Positions 38,092-45,984 of a stretch of DNA of 64,000 bases are shown here, one piece after another. The stretch is from the IMG/VR virus record IMGVR_UViG_3300033273_000833, positions 32,001 to 96,000 of that record. One strand, written 5' to 3'. The notes beneath the pieces were generated by a model that ran no database searches, was not told the DNA's origin, and saw nothing but the letters and a program-made list of their open reading frames with translations. The stretch comes from a virus. Its lineage: Duplodnaviria; Caudoviricetes. The translations under genes were made by a program, and so were the position numbers. The first letter of the stretch is position 1, and each line of letters begins with the position of its first letter.

Positions 38092-38847
38092 TCATTTAGG
38101 GGAATATTTACGTAAAAAAATGTATTCGGATGATTCTTTTGGTATGTTAGAGAATACTTGCGCCGCTGTCCTAGTTTGATCTATGTTACAATATATAAAT
38201 TGTTCATTGTCTATGTAATCAATACTATTGTATTTTAACGCATTTGCCCAATAATACTCGTCATGCAAAAAGTATTTAACACATTCATTTTTATCATGGG
38301 GAAGATACTTCTTGGCATAATCATCGTTAAAACCAACAAAAATATCGGATTTTAATATTTCAGGTGTTTTTAACTTATAAAAATCTTCTTTTGATATACA
38401 GAAAAACATATTTTGCTTGACCCATTCAACTTCACTAATTTTTGACTTAAATTTAGCAGTCGTTATACTATTGTATTTGCTTGAATTAAATTTAGCTTGT
38501 GATGTTGTTGGGTTTTTTTGTATTTTTATATTAGTATGTTTGTTATTATTTACAAACGATATAGATCGCCTTAGTGGTAGCATATCTCCCGACATTATGT
38601 ATACAACATCACACCCTTTATCAAATAAATCATGAAATAATAAGTTCGTCGCGACAACCAGGCTAGAATGCCCCCATTCGGTTGGTATAGTATTAATACA
38701 ATTTATTGGAAATGGTAATTTATTTTGCACCCTTCCTTTTGCATGCACAGATATTATCGTTTCATGTTTTATAGAATTAAAAAACGCATCAAGATGTGAT
38801 ACATTATGTATTTTATTATATACCATGAAGCCAAAACCAATTTTCAT
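38092..38847 (-). CDS. Core-2/I-branching (GT14-like) glycosyltransferase
   Basis: ISVHAK, TEWGHSSLV.A..LL, MSGDMLPL, HDEYYW. Confidence 0.7.
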   Translation of the reverse strand: MKIGFGFMVYNKIHNVSHLDAFFNSIKHETIISVHAKGRVQNKLPFPINCINTIPTEWGHSSLVVATNLLFHDLFDKGCDVVYIMSGDMLPLRRSISFVNNNKHTNIKIQKNPTTSQAKFNSSKYNSITTAKFKSKISEVEWVKQNMFFCISKEDFYKLKTPEILKSDIFVGFNDDYAKKYLPHDKNECVKYFLHDEYYWANALKYNSIDYIDNEQFIYCNIDQTRTAAQVFSNIPKESSEYIFLRKYSPK

Positions 38848-39521
38848 AACTTGTGGAGGTTAAAAAGTTGTGGATATTTTTCATGCATAATTGTTAAGAC
38901 CATTTCTTCATCATATATAATGAAATTATTATCAACAAATTGTAGGCATTCTATATATTTCTTTGTAAATTCAGGAATTATGTGTCTTGGGAGTTTTATA
39001 ACTTGAGCCAATATCTTTATGGGTGGTAATGTATTTTTTAGTAAACCTTTATATGGTTTATTTGGGAAGTTGTCTGATTTTGCATATTGATTGATGTAAC
39101 ACTTATTGCTATCACTGGAGGTTATTGACTGTAAATTTCTTGTCTTCACGCAATCAACCCACATTAAATAATCAGCATCTGTATAGTCTAAAATTTTTTC
39201 AAAAAGAAGAATTTTGCTTGTCCATATTGTAGCTAACTTTAAAAAAGCATTGGATTTAACGTGCCTCCCAAATTTGAAATAAACTGCATCTCGTGATTTG
39301 CAAAAATTAGTTAAGTTTTTAAGGTACGGCAAACTTGGAAGATTATTAAATTCCAAATCAATTTTATTGGAGAAGCCTACAACCTGATCTTGCGAACATA
39401 TAAAATAATCTAAATTTTTGTTTCGAGCATGTTTTATATGACCTTGTCTGTTTGAAAATTTTGGATTGTTTTCTACATGCCAGTAGGCGGAAAAGGTTGT
39501 TGTTTTTTTCATATTGATCAT
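38844..39521 (-). CDS. HtrL/WlaTC-like glycosyltransferase
   Basis: IWTSKILL.EK, YLMWVDC, YDEEMVLT. Confidence 0.55.
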   Translation of the reverse strand: MINMKKTTTFSAYWHVENNPKFSNRQGHIKHARNKNLDYFICSQDQVVGFSNKIDLEFNNLPSLPYLKNLTNFCKSRDAVYFKFGRHVKSNAFLKLATIWTSKILLFEKILDYTDADYLMWVDCVKTRNLQSITSSDSNKCYINQYAKSDNFPNKPYKGLLKNTLPPIKILAQVIKLPRHIIPEFTKKYIECLQFVDNNFIIYDEEMVLTIMHEKYPQLFNLHKL

Positions 39522-39526
39522 AATTA

Positions 39527-39688
39527 CTATTCTCCAAATTTGTAACCGAAATACTCAATGTGCGTACTACCCCCATATGGGTCTCCGTTGTACCCCGTGT
39601 CCGATCTTCCGAAGACAGCCTCCTCGACTGATTCTCCGCCACATTTTGCAAAATGCACAAATATAATTTTTTGTTTATGACAAATCAC
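39527..39688 (-). pseudogene. Internally deleted sulfotransferase remnant (53 codons)
   Basis: GTG-ICHKQKIIFVHFAKCGGESVE..GGSTH joined directly to IEYFGYKFGE*, i.e. the N- and C-termini of the two intact paralogues. Confidence 0.85.
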
Positions 39689-39690
39689 TA

Positions 39691-40452
39691 TTATCTATGT
39701 TTGCGGTTTCCTAAGCCTGTAATATATTTCCTGTTTTTCTGTATATACAGATTATCATATATCCCTTTGGATTTGGAGATAACAGTGTTTTTATTATAAA
39801 TCCCAGCAATTCCGCTAAACGAGGATATTCCAGAAGGAAATAATATGTCGCATAATATCATGTCATTGATTGCAGTTAGCTCTGGTGTATTGCGATCATA
39901 TACATTTACTCTCATTCCATGAGTGTTAAGCTCCCTTAAATTTATATTTCCGTCAGTATGTATATTTATTGATAAGGGGGGATTTATGTAGTAGTGGATA
40001 TAATCTAAAATATTTTTTAGGTCTTCAGTAGAGCAAGCTCTATATCTAACTGGTTTACAGCCTTTATATTCCTCATTAGCAGTATCTCCTCTTCGCACAT
40101 GTATACAGATATTGGTCTGATTAACTTGTTGAAGAGTGTTTTCTAGAGGGGTGTAGTTTTTAATGATTGATTGCATAAATTTGCTACTAAAATCAGCAAA
40201 TAAGCCACGTTTGATAATTGGAGTATAATTAGCTTCACCGCTAAAGATGGTGATCTTATTTAATTCTTTCTCACAAATGTTATGAAATTTAGAGCCTAGG
40301 TTAAAGACAGACTCGTATGGATCCTCGAGTGGTGTGTGTATATATTCGAAGCCTTCTTGTTTAGCAAAGTAAGCGGTCCATAGTCTGCTATAAATTTGCA
40401 TACCAATCCTATCTGTTTTTTGACAGGTGATATATTTTTTTGCTTTTCTCAT
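39691..40452 (-). CDS. GT11/NodZ-like (fucosyltransferase-like) glycosyltransferase
   Basis: DRIGMQI, ICIHVRRGD, D.ILCD..SSFS..A. Confidence 0.65.
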   Translation of the reverse strand: MRKAKKYITCQKTDRIGMQIYSRLWTAYFAKQEGFEYIHTPLEDPYESVFNLGSKFHNICEKELNKITIFSGEANYTPIIKRGLFADFSSKFMQSIIKNYTPLENTLQQVNQTNICIHVRRGDTANEEYKGCKPVRYRACSTEDLKNILDYIHYYINPPLSINIHTDGNINLRELNTHGMRVNVYDRNTPELTAINDMILCDILFPSGISSFSGIAGIYNKNTVISKSKGIYDNLYIQKNRKYITGLGNRKHR

Positions 40453-40516
40453 TCAGTTAGTAATGTTTGCAAGTTATTTAAGCTGACGAATTCAATATTC
40501 TGGTTGTGGAATAAAT

Positions 40517-41122
40517 TTAATCTCCAAATTCATAATTAAAATACTCAATGTCTTTTGCATATTTTTCTGCAACTATTTGCTTCGTTTCTTCATCGTAATA
40601 TTCGGTGTAGTGTTTTTTGTTTCTCTTGTTCATATGTGGCAATTTCAATCCTTTCATATTCAAGTAATTACACACACACATAAAATTATTTTCAAAATTT
40701 TCAAATCTACCAACAAAATCAACAGCTATATTACCTTCATTATCTTTCAAGAAATCATATTGAGCAACAGAGTGAGATGGATCAAGGTGTATGGGCGATA
40801 GTAGAAACTTTTTTAAGCTTTGTTTTTTTGGTCCGCCGAAATAAAAATAATCTGATATGGCCCTGTCCCATGGGTTTCTAACAAAAGCAAAAGAAAAATA
40901 ATAATTCTTTAATTGTGGGTGAATTTTATAAACCTCACTGATTGTAAGGTGTTGAAGATATTTTCCTGTATACTCATCCCTGCCAAGCAATAATTGCTTG
41001 TCGCAAAAATTATTTGGGAATTTTTTTTTGTCCCATAAATTATAACCAAATGCAGTTTCAATACTAGAACCGCCGCACTTGGGTATATGAATGAAGATAA
41101 ATTTATGCTTATGGCTTATCAT
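40517..41122 (-). CDS. Sulfotransferase (Sulfotransfer_2 family)
   Basis: 5'-PSB FIHIPKCGGSSI; 3'-PB FVRNPWDRAISDY; FVGRFEN; KDIEYFNYEF. Confidence 0.9.
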   Translation of the reverse strand: MISHKHKFIFIHIPKCGGSSIETAFGYNLWDKKKFPNNFCDKQLLLGRDEYTGKYLQHLTISEVYKIHPQLKNYYFSFAFVRNPWDRAISDYFYFGGPKKQSLKKFLLSPIHLDPSHSVAQYDFLKDNEGNIAVDFVGRFENFENNFMCVCNYLNMKGLKLPHMNKRNKKHYTEYYDEETKQIVAEKYAKDIEYFNYEFGD

Positions 41123-41142
41123 TGTACTGAATAATATACACC

Positions 41143-41784
41143 TTATTTTAACCAGCTTCCATTCCAGTGGTGAACCGCATAAGCTTCAGGATGCGTTTTG
41201 GAAAAATCTTCTTCCCTACGAAACTTTTCTTGCCAATAGTAAGGGTATACAGTTTTCTTAAGAGAATCGCGACCATCTGGCATTCCTATTTCGTGTCCTA
41301 ATTTTTCGGTTATGTATGCTGGTCCATATTTATAATCAGAGTTTTCTTTATGGCCATGAGATTTTTTTCTCGAAGGTAGTCCGTCTATCAAGCGTTTTAC
41401 ATCTCTATTATGCTTGGAGGCTCCAAAAAAAGCTCCGCATATTTTTTTATGTTCTTGATGAAATAAAACAATTTCTTTTTGTTCAAAGAGAGGATTTATA
41501 TTTTTTAAGCATTCAAAGTCGGTATCAATATACAATCCTCCAAACTGATAAAGGATTTCAAACCTTAAGATATCAGATTTTTCAGAAAAATTTTCGCAAC
41601 TCTCTAGAATTTCAGGGTAGGTAATTTTTAAATTATCTTTTATTTTTTTATCGTCCCAAAGAATATGTATCCATTCGGGGTTTTTACTTTTCCATGTACC
41701 TTGCCAGTATAACTCTTGTTTTGATAATGAACTTTCGCCCATATGTATTTGATGAAATATTTTTGGTATTATTGAATTTCTCAT
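41143..41784 (-). CDS. GT32 (DXD, OCH1-like) glycosyltransferase
   Basis: IPKIFHQ, KSDILRFEILYQFGGLYIDTD, AVHHWNGSW. Confidence 0.9.
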   Translation of the reverse strand: MRNSIIPKIFHQIHMGESSLSKQELYWQGTWKSKNPEWIHILWDDKKIKDNLKITYPEILESCENFSEKSDILRFEILYQFGGLYIDTDFECLKNINPLFEQKEIVLFHQEHKKICGAFFGASKHNRDVKRLIDGLPSRKKSHGHKENSDYKYGPAYITEKLGHEIGMPDGRDSLKKTVYPYYWQEKFRREEDFSKTHPEAYAVHHWNGSWLK

Positions 41785-41786
41785 TT

Positions 41787-42371
41787 TTATTCTCCAAATT
41801 TATACCCAAAATACTCAATGTCCTTTGCGTATTTTTCCGCAACAAGTTGACGAGTTTCATCATCGTAATATTTTGTGTAATGGGTGGTTTCTGTTTTGTA
41901 ATTGTGTGGTAGTGTTTTTCCAGAAATACCTATATTTCTACAAACATTATTGAAGTCTTCGTGTAAATTTTCAAATCTTCCTATAAAATCCATTTGTTCA
42001 AGTGGTTTTAATATTTTCATGTAATCGTATCTGTGATATGGATCTCCTACATTGCTACTAAAAAATTTTTTTAAAAAACATTTAAAAGTTGTTCCGTGAT
42101 AAAATTTTTTGACTTTTTTTAGTGGGTATTTGTGTGTTGAATTTGTAAACCATTTAAACTCTGAAACCATTTTATCGTAAGGGTTTCTTACAAACGCAAA
42201 CTTATAATAATTTTTATACTTATCCAACTTCAGAACCTCTGCATGGGTCGTGTGAGTGTGACCATTAAAAAAGAATTCAAAATCTTGCAAGTATCTTTCC
42301 ATGCTTGTGCCCGCACACTTCGGTATATGAATAAATACAGTTTTATGTTTATCACTTATCATTTTTATCAA
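41787..42371 (-). CDS. Sulfotransferase (Sulfotransfer_2 family)
   Basis: FIHIPKCAGTSM; FVRNPYDKMVSEF; FIGRFEN; KDIEYFGYKF. Confidence 0.9.
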   Translation of the reverse strand: MIKMISDKHKTVFIHIPKCAGTSMERYLQDFEFFFNGHTHTTHAEVLKLDKYKNYYKFAFVRNPYDKMVSEFKWFTNSTHKYPLKKVKKFYHGTTFKCFLKKFFSSNVGDPYHRYDYMKILKPLEQMDFIGRFENLHEDFNNVCRNIGISGKTLPHNYKTETTHYTKYYDDETRQLVAEKYAKDIEYFGYKFGE

Positions 42372-43183
42372 ATTTTGTTTTCTTTCTTCATAAGAGTTTC
42401 GTCCTTTACCTCTGGATGGTCACTGCTTAATAAATGTTGCAATGTATAATCTGAATACCAATTATTTAATTTTATTTTTTTTTCACAGTTTTCTTTGGAT
42501 ATTATTCTATAATGGTAGCACAACAAAAATCCAGTCTCAATATCTACCTCACGTAAATTATCATAAAACGGATTTAATTCACTTGGTTGGTTGCCAACTC
42601 CGTCGCGAATTTGCTCTGGAGTTCCCATGTGTTCACATGGATGATGGTCTTTTATCTTTGTAAAATATGTTGGTTTAAAAATACATTTAACTTCAATTTT
42701 TTCATAACGACATCTAAACTTGTGAATTTTGTGTGGATGTTTTTTATCATGATTCCACCTATAAGTTATTTCATTTAAAATGCTTTTTGGATTTTTTTTC
42801 AAGGAATTGCAAGACATCATCACCCAAGGTACTTTTATGCAATGGGCGTCCTTGAAAGTTGTTTGTAATTCATCCCTAATAGTTTTATTGAGATTTTTCT
42901 TTGTAACTATAAACTCATCAATGTCCACATATATTACCCACTCGTAATTATCCTTAAGTTTATCCACCCAATTTAAAATATAATTGTCCTTTGTAATTTC
43001 CTTTTCAAAGAAAATGTTTATGTTTTCTTTATTTAACAATTCATCATATATGGATTTATCTTCGGAATCGTCATCTATTATATTAATTTCGTCAACTCCT
43101 TGACTTAGATAATGATTGCAAAACTCTGCAACAAAAAACTCATCTTTACAACGAGCTATTAATCCTAAAAATTTTTTGTGCAT
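42368..43183 (-). CDS. GT2-like/GT92-like glycosyltransferase
   Basis: ARCKDE..AEF..HY..GVD...IDDDS, WVIYVDIDEFI, KCIF. Confidence 0.75.
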   Translation of the reverse strand: MHKKFLGLIARCKDEFFVAEFCNHYLSQGVDEINIIDDDSEDKSIYDELLNKENINIFFEKEITKDNYILNWVDKLKDNYEWVIYVDIDEFIVTKKNLNKTIRDELQTTFKDAHCIKVPWVMMSCNSLKKNPKSILNEITYRWNHDKKHPHKIHKFRCRYEKIEVKCIFKPTYFTKIKDHHPCEHMGTPEQIRDGVGNQPSELNPFYDNLREVDIETGFLLCYHYRIISKENCEKKIKLNNWYSDYTLQHLLSSDHPEVKDETLMKKENKI

Positions 43184-43189
43184 TGACTC

Positions 43190-43993
43190 TTATTCAGGTC
43201 TTTTGCCTAAAGGTTTTCCATCTTGACCAATTTCTCCAGCCCTAATTTTGGTTGCAGAAACATTTTGAAGCTCTTTACTTAATTCAAGCTGCTCAATGTT
43301 ATATCCTACGCCTCTACCATAAAATACATCTGTAATATTTGGAAGCTCAACAACTTTAATTTTATTCCCAAACTCAATGCATGCAGAATGAATTTCTGCT
43401 TTAACTTTTTCAAAATTATATGGATTCTTTTCGTCAATTCCGCCGACATCTCTTAAAGCAATGCAGCATTGCCCAGTTCTTTTAATCGCTTCAGCAACTA
43501 ATGTTTTATGGCCAACATGAAAAGGTTGATACCTCCCAATTAATAAAGCTGTTGGAGCTTGATTATCCCAGGATTCTGTTTCATTTAATTTATTCAATAC
43601 TCTTTCAACCCATTCTTCTGGAGATCCGTCAGTTAGTCTTACGTCGTAATTCAAAGGTCTTTCAAACATTTTATTAGTGTCTTCGTATCTACCTTCCATA
43701 ATCCTATCGACCCATACAACAAAATCAGCAGCAAATGCTTTTCTTGTTTCTTGGGTAGGGCATACAAAATCGGCGACAGAGTAACCTCCGCCCATTGAAG
43801 ACCAAGAACATAGTTTACCCATTCTTTCGGCATGCTTAATTCTATCTTCTTCCGAAAACCCTAGCTCTGAATATATATCTTGCCTAACGGCATCAGCGTT
43901 AAACCAGGCTGCGTTAATTTTTTTTACTAAAATCTCAGCCAACGTTGTTTTGCCAGATCCTGGGAGCCCCATAATCAAAATTTTTCTTTTCAT
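43190..43993 (-). CDS. Fusion: adenylylsulfate-kinase-like domain plus HIGH-superfamily nucleotidyltransferase
   Basis: GLPGSGKTT, NADAVR, LGFSEEDR, ADFVCP; then IGRYQPFHVGH, NPY, VSATKIR. Confidence 0.8.
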   Translation of the reverse strand: MKRKILIMGLPGSGKTTLAEILVKKINAAWFNADAVRQDIYSELGFSEEDRIKHAERMGKLCSWSSMGGGYSVADFVCPTQETRKAFAADFVVWVDRIMEGRYEDTNKMFERPLNYDVRLTDGSPEEWVERVLNKLNETESWDNQAPTALLIGRYQPFHVGHKTLVAEAIKRTGQCCIALRDVGGIDEKNPYNFEKVKAEIHSACIEFGNKIKVVELPNITDVFYGRGVGYNIEQLELSKELQNVSATKIRAGEIGQDGKPLGKRPE

Positions 43994-44001
43994 ATCTCTG
44001 T

Positions 44002-44007
44002 TTACAC
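44002..44007 (-). promoter_or_regulatory. GTGTAA putative late-promoter motif heading the glycan operon
   Basis: GTGTAA-N8-ATG(43993) on the minus strand. Confidence 0.7.
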
Positions 44008-44015
44008 GCTTTTTT

Positions 44016-44345
44016 TTATTTTATCTTCTTATTTATTAAACATGCTAGACTAGGCACGGAAAACATACTAAAGCCAGCAAAAATCATATTTAAATTAAAA
44101 AACCAACAACAAAACAAAGAAGCAAGCAAAGACAACCAAGTGCCATAACATAAGGGACAGCTCAATAGTTCTCCCAGCTTACCCCAATTATCAATTATAT
44201 AATCATGCAAATCATCTAATGTATATATTTTTTCTTTTATAAACAATGACAATATATATACTTTTAAATTAGTATACTCCAATACGGCAATAATATTAGA
44301 AACAAACAAAATGCAAGCTAAATAAATTAATAAATAATTAATCAT
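44016..44345 (-). CDS. DUF1360-like membrane protein
   Basis: GELLSCPLCYGTW flanked by TM segments; start moved to the ATG overlapping the upstream gene's end. Confidence 0.6.
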   Translation of the reverse strand: MINYLLIYLACILFVSNIIAVLEYTNLKVYILSLFIKEKIYTLDDLHDYIIDNWGKLGELLSCPLCYGTWLSLLASLFCCWFFNLNMIFAGFSMFSVPSLACLINKKIK

Positions 44346-44517
44346 CTTGAATGCGAGGAAGAATGAACGATGTGTATTTCCTACGCACACTAGCTTTTCT
44401 GCACGAAGAACATCCTCCAGGTTTATTCACTTCTGCCAAGTAATCTTTTTTCATTTGCTGACAACCATCAAAGTTTATTTCTTGACAAGTTTGCTCGGGC
44501 GTTTTATTTAAATCCAT
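44338..44517 (-). CDS. Small Cys-containing protein (CSSC); start uncertain
   Basis: C..C..GGCSSCRK; coupled to the downstream gene. Confidence 0.5.
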   Translation of the reverse strand: MDLNKTPEQTCQEINFDGCQQMKKDYLAEVNKPGGCSSCRKASVRRKYTSFILPRIQDD

Positions 44518-44567
44518 AAATATTCTTATGAGATTCATTTGGGCTGGTGTTTTTGGATTCATTTTTC

Positions 44568-44596
44568 TTGACAAATTTGATTACATATATTATACT
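44568..44596 (+). promoter_or_regulatory. sigma70 promoter (leaderless geometry)
   Basis: TTGACA-N17-TATACT-N6-ATG(44603). Confidence 0.8.
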
Positions 44597-44602
44597 TATA
44601 AT

Positions 44603-45142
44603 ATGAAAAATATTCTAGAAAAAACTAAAACTTATCTGGTTGGCCACATGCAATACATTAGTGGGAGGAACTGGCGAGAAGAAGTTACTCAAAAGCTTTC
44701 TGATATTAACATTACATGCTTCGACCCTTATAAAAAACCCTTTATTAAAGATGTCGAAGAAGATGAGGTCTCAAGACAAGAAATGGAAACTTGGATGAAA
44801 ACCAAGCAGTACGACAGAGTAACGGAAAGAATGAAAATGGTAAGAGCTTATGACCTAAATTTAGTTGATCGTAGCGATTTTATCATCGCTCATCTAGTTC
44901 CTAGCGTTGCATCTTGGGGTAGTGCCGAAGAAATTGTTACTGCGGTAAGAATGAAAAAACCTATCTTTATCAGCATGGAAGGCGGTAAGTCCCAAACTCC
45001 ACTCTGGATGCTAGGAATGCTTCCTCATAAATACATTTACAATTCAGTAGAAGAAATAGTAGATATGCTTTTTGCTATCAATGAAGGGTCAAAAACTATA
45101 GACTCAGATCGCTGGCGCCTATTAAGACATGAATTTAGATAG
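44603..45142 (+). CDS. Nucleoside 2-deoxyribosyltransferase-like protein
   Basis: TYLVG, WRE, FDP, DL..VDRSDFIIA, GSAEE; start moved downstream of the promoter. Confidence 0.65.
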   Translation: MKNILEKTKTYLVGHMQYISGRNWREEVTQKLSDINITCFDPYKKPFIKDVEEDEVSRQEMETWMKTKQYDRVTERMKMVRAYDLNLVDRSDFIIAHLVPSVASWGSAEEIVTAVRMKKPIFISMEGGKSQTPLWMLGMLPHKYIYNSVEEIVDMLFAINEGSKTIDSDRWRLLRHEFR

Positions 45143-45569
45143 TATAACCTTTTCCAAAAATAGGCTTCATATGAGGGTCGCCACTTCCACCAGCACTTAG
45201 GCTTGGAGTCCCAAATAGAATTTGATGATTATTGCTGTAATAAGGAGCAGCAACTAAGTCATTGGCAATAGCTACTTTTATACTTGTCTGCCCTCCGCCA
45301 GCATCAGAAATTTCGGTAGCTACTAGAGATATTGAATCAACATAACTGCTCGCTCCTGCATTGTTTGGCCAATGTCCGACGCTAGGTTTGGTAGACGATA
45401 ATACGCTTGAGTCGAACGTTTCATAATCTGAAGCGCTCATTGCTCCAACTGAGTGTGAATTTATATAAGGAGTTATAGTTATATTACTTAGTTCGGTGTC
45501 GCTAGGTATTATAGCGCTTGATACAGTAATTGTTGTTGAATTTGTTCCTGTTGATATTTCGTTTGGCAT
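45135..45569 (-). CDS. Ser/Thr-rich protein ending in a GDPH motif
   Basis: C-terminus GGSGDPHMKPIFGKGYTI*. Confidence 0.6.
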   Translation of the reverse strand: MPNEISTGTNSTTITVSSAIIPSDTELSNITITPYINSHSVGAMSASDYETFDSSVLSSTKPSVGHWPNNAGASSYVDSISLVATEISDAGGGQTSIKVAIANDLVAAPYYSNNHQILFGTPSLSAGGSGDPHMKPIFGKGYTI

Positions 45570-45628
45570 AATATTTTAAAATTTAAAGTGATTAATATAG
45601 GTATATACACATTTTTTTTAAATAGTAC

Positions 45629-45657
45629 TTGACATTCTAAATAATTTTTACTATAAT
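45629..45657 (+). promoter_or_regulatory. sigma70 promoter (leaderless geometry)
   Basis: TTGACA-N17-TATAAT-N7-ATG(45665). Confidence 0.85.
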
Positions 45658-45664
45658 TATAAAC

Positions 45665-45763
45665 ATGGATAATTCAGAATTACAAGGTTATTTTATTTTG
45701 GCTGGAGCAGTAATTTACTGCATATGTCTATGTGTCAAATATTCAGACGGAGGAAAACTATAA
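45665..45763 (+). CDS. 32-aa single-TM peptide with CxCxC (not in the ORF track)
   Basis: MDNSELQGYFILAGAVIYCICLCVKYSDGGKL*; directly after a consensus promoter and TAATG-coupled to the next gene. Confidence 0.65.
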   Translation: MDNSELQGYFILAGAVIYCICLCVKYSDGGKL

Positions 45764-45984
45764 TGAAAGAAGTTTATCTTAGAGGAATTTATTCTCAATA
45801 TGTCGGATTAAGAGATCAAAAAATTGCAGACTTGAATGTCATGCTTAATTCTCCTGTTGGAGTCGGAGAGCACGGGGATTTAAGTGAGACAATTAAAAAA
45901 ATTATAGAAGAAATTGATAAGTACGATTCTCTTATTTCCACATTGAACAATTTAATTCCTAAAGAAGAAGATAAGAGTGAGTAA
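45763..45984 (+). CDS. Small helical hypothetical phage protein
   Basis: PVGVGEH.D motif between two helices; start moved to the coupled ATG. Confidence 0.65.
   Translation: MKEVYLRGIYSQYVGLRDQKIADLNVMLNSPVGVGEHGDLSETIKKIIEEIDKYDSLISTLNNLIPKEEDKSE

Larger units (their letters stand above)
39527..41880 (-). repeat. Three similar sulfotransferase 3' ends (about 39527-39560, 40517-40610, 41787-41880)
   Basis: Shared + strand core TCTCCAAATT..AAATACTCAATGT in all three; the two intact genes stay similar for about 90 nt. Confidence 0.8.

Noticed and set aside
39630-39645. CTCCGCCAC resembling the tmRNA 3' end (att-like duplication)
   Set aside because: Short, imperfect and explained by the KCGGE codons on the minus strand.
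39364-39660. 98-aa minus-strand ORF in the track
   Set aside because: Another frame of the same DNA gives a clear sulfotransferase remnant (39527..39688).
35100-43993. Eukaryotic giant-virus origin suggested by eukaryote-like GT families
   Set aside because: Lambda-type tail genes, DnaE/DnaB/RecA, tmRNA, sigma70 promoters and lipoproteins indicate a bacteriophage.
41136-45610. GTGTAT variants at 41136-41141 and 45605-45610
   Set aside because: One mismatch and spacings of 13 and 35 nt; not counted as motif instances.
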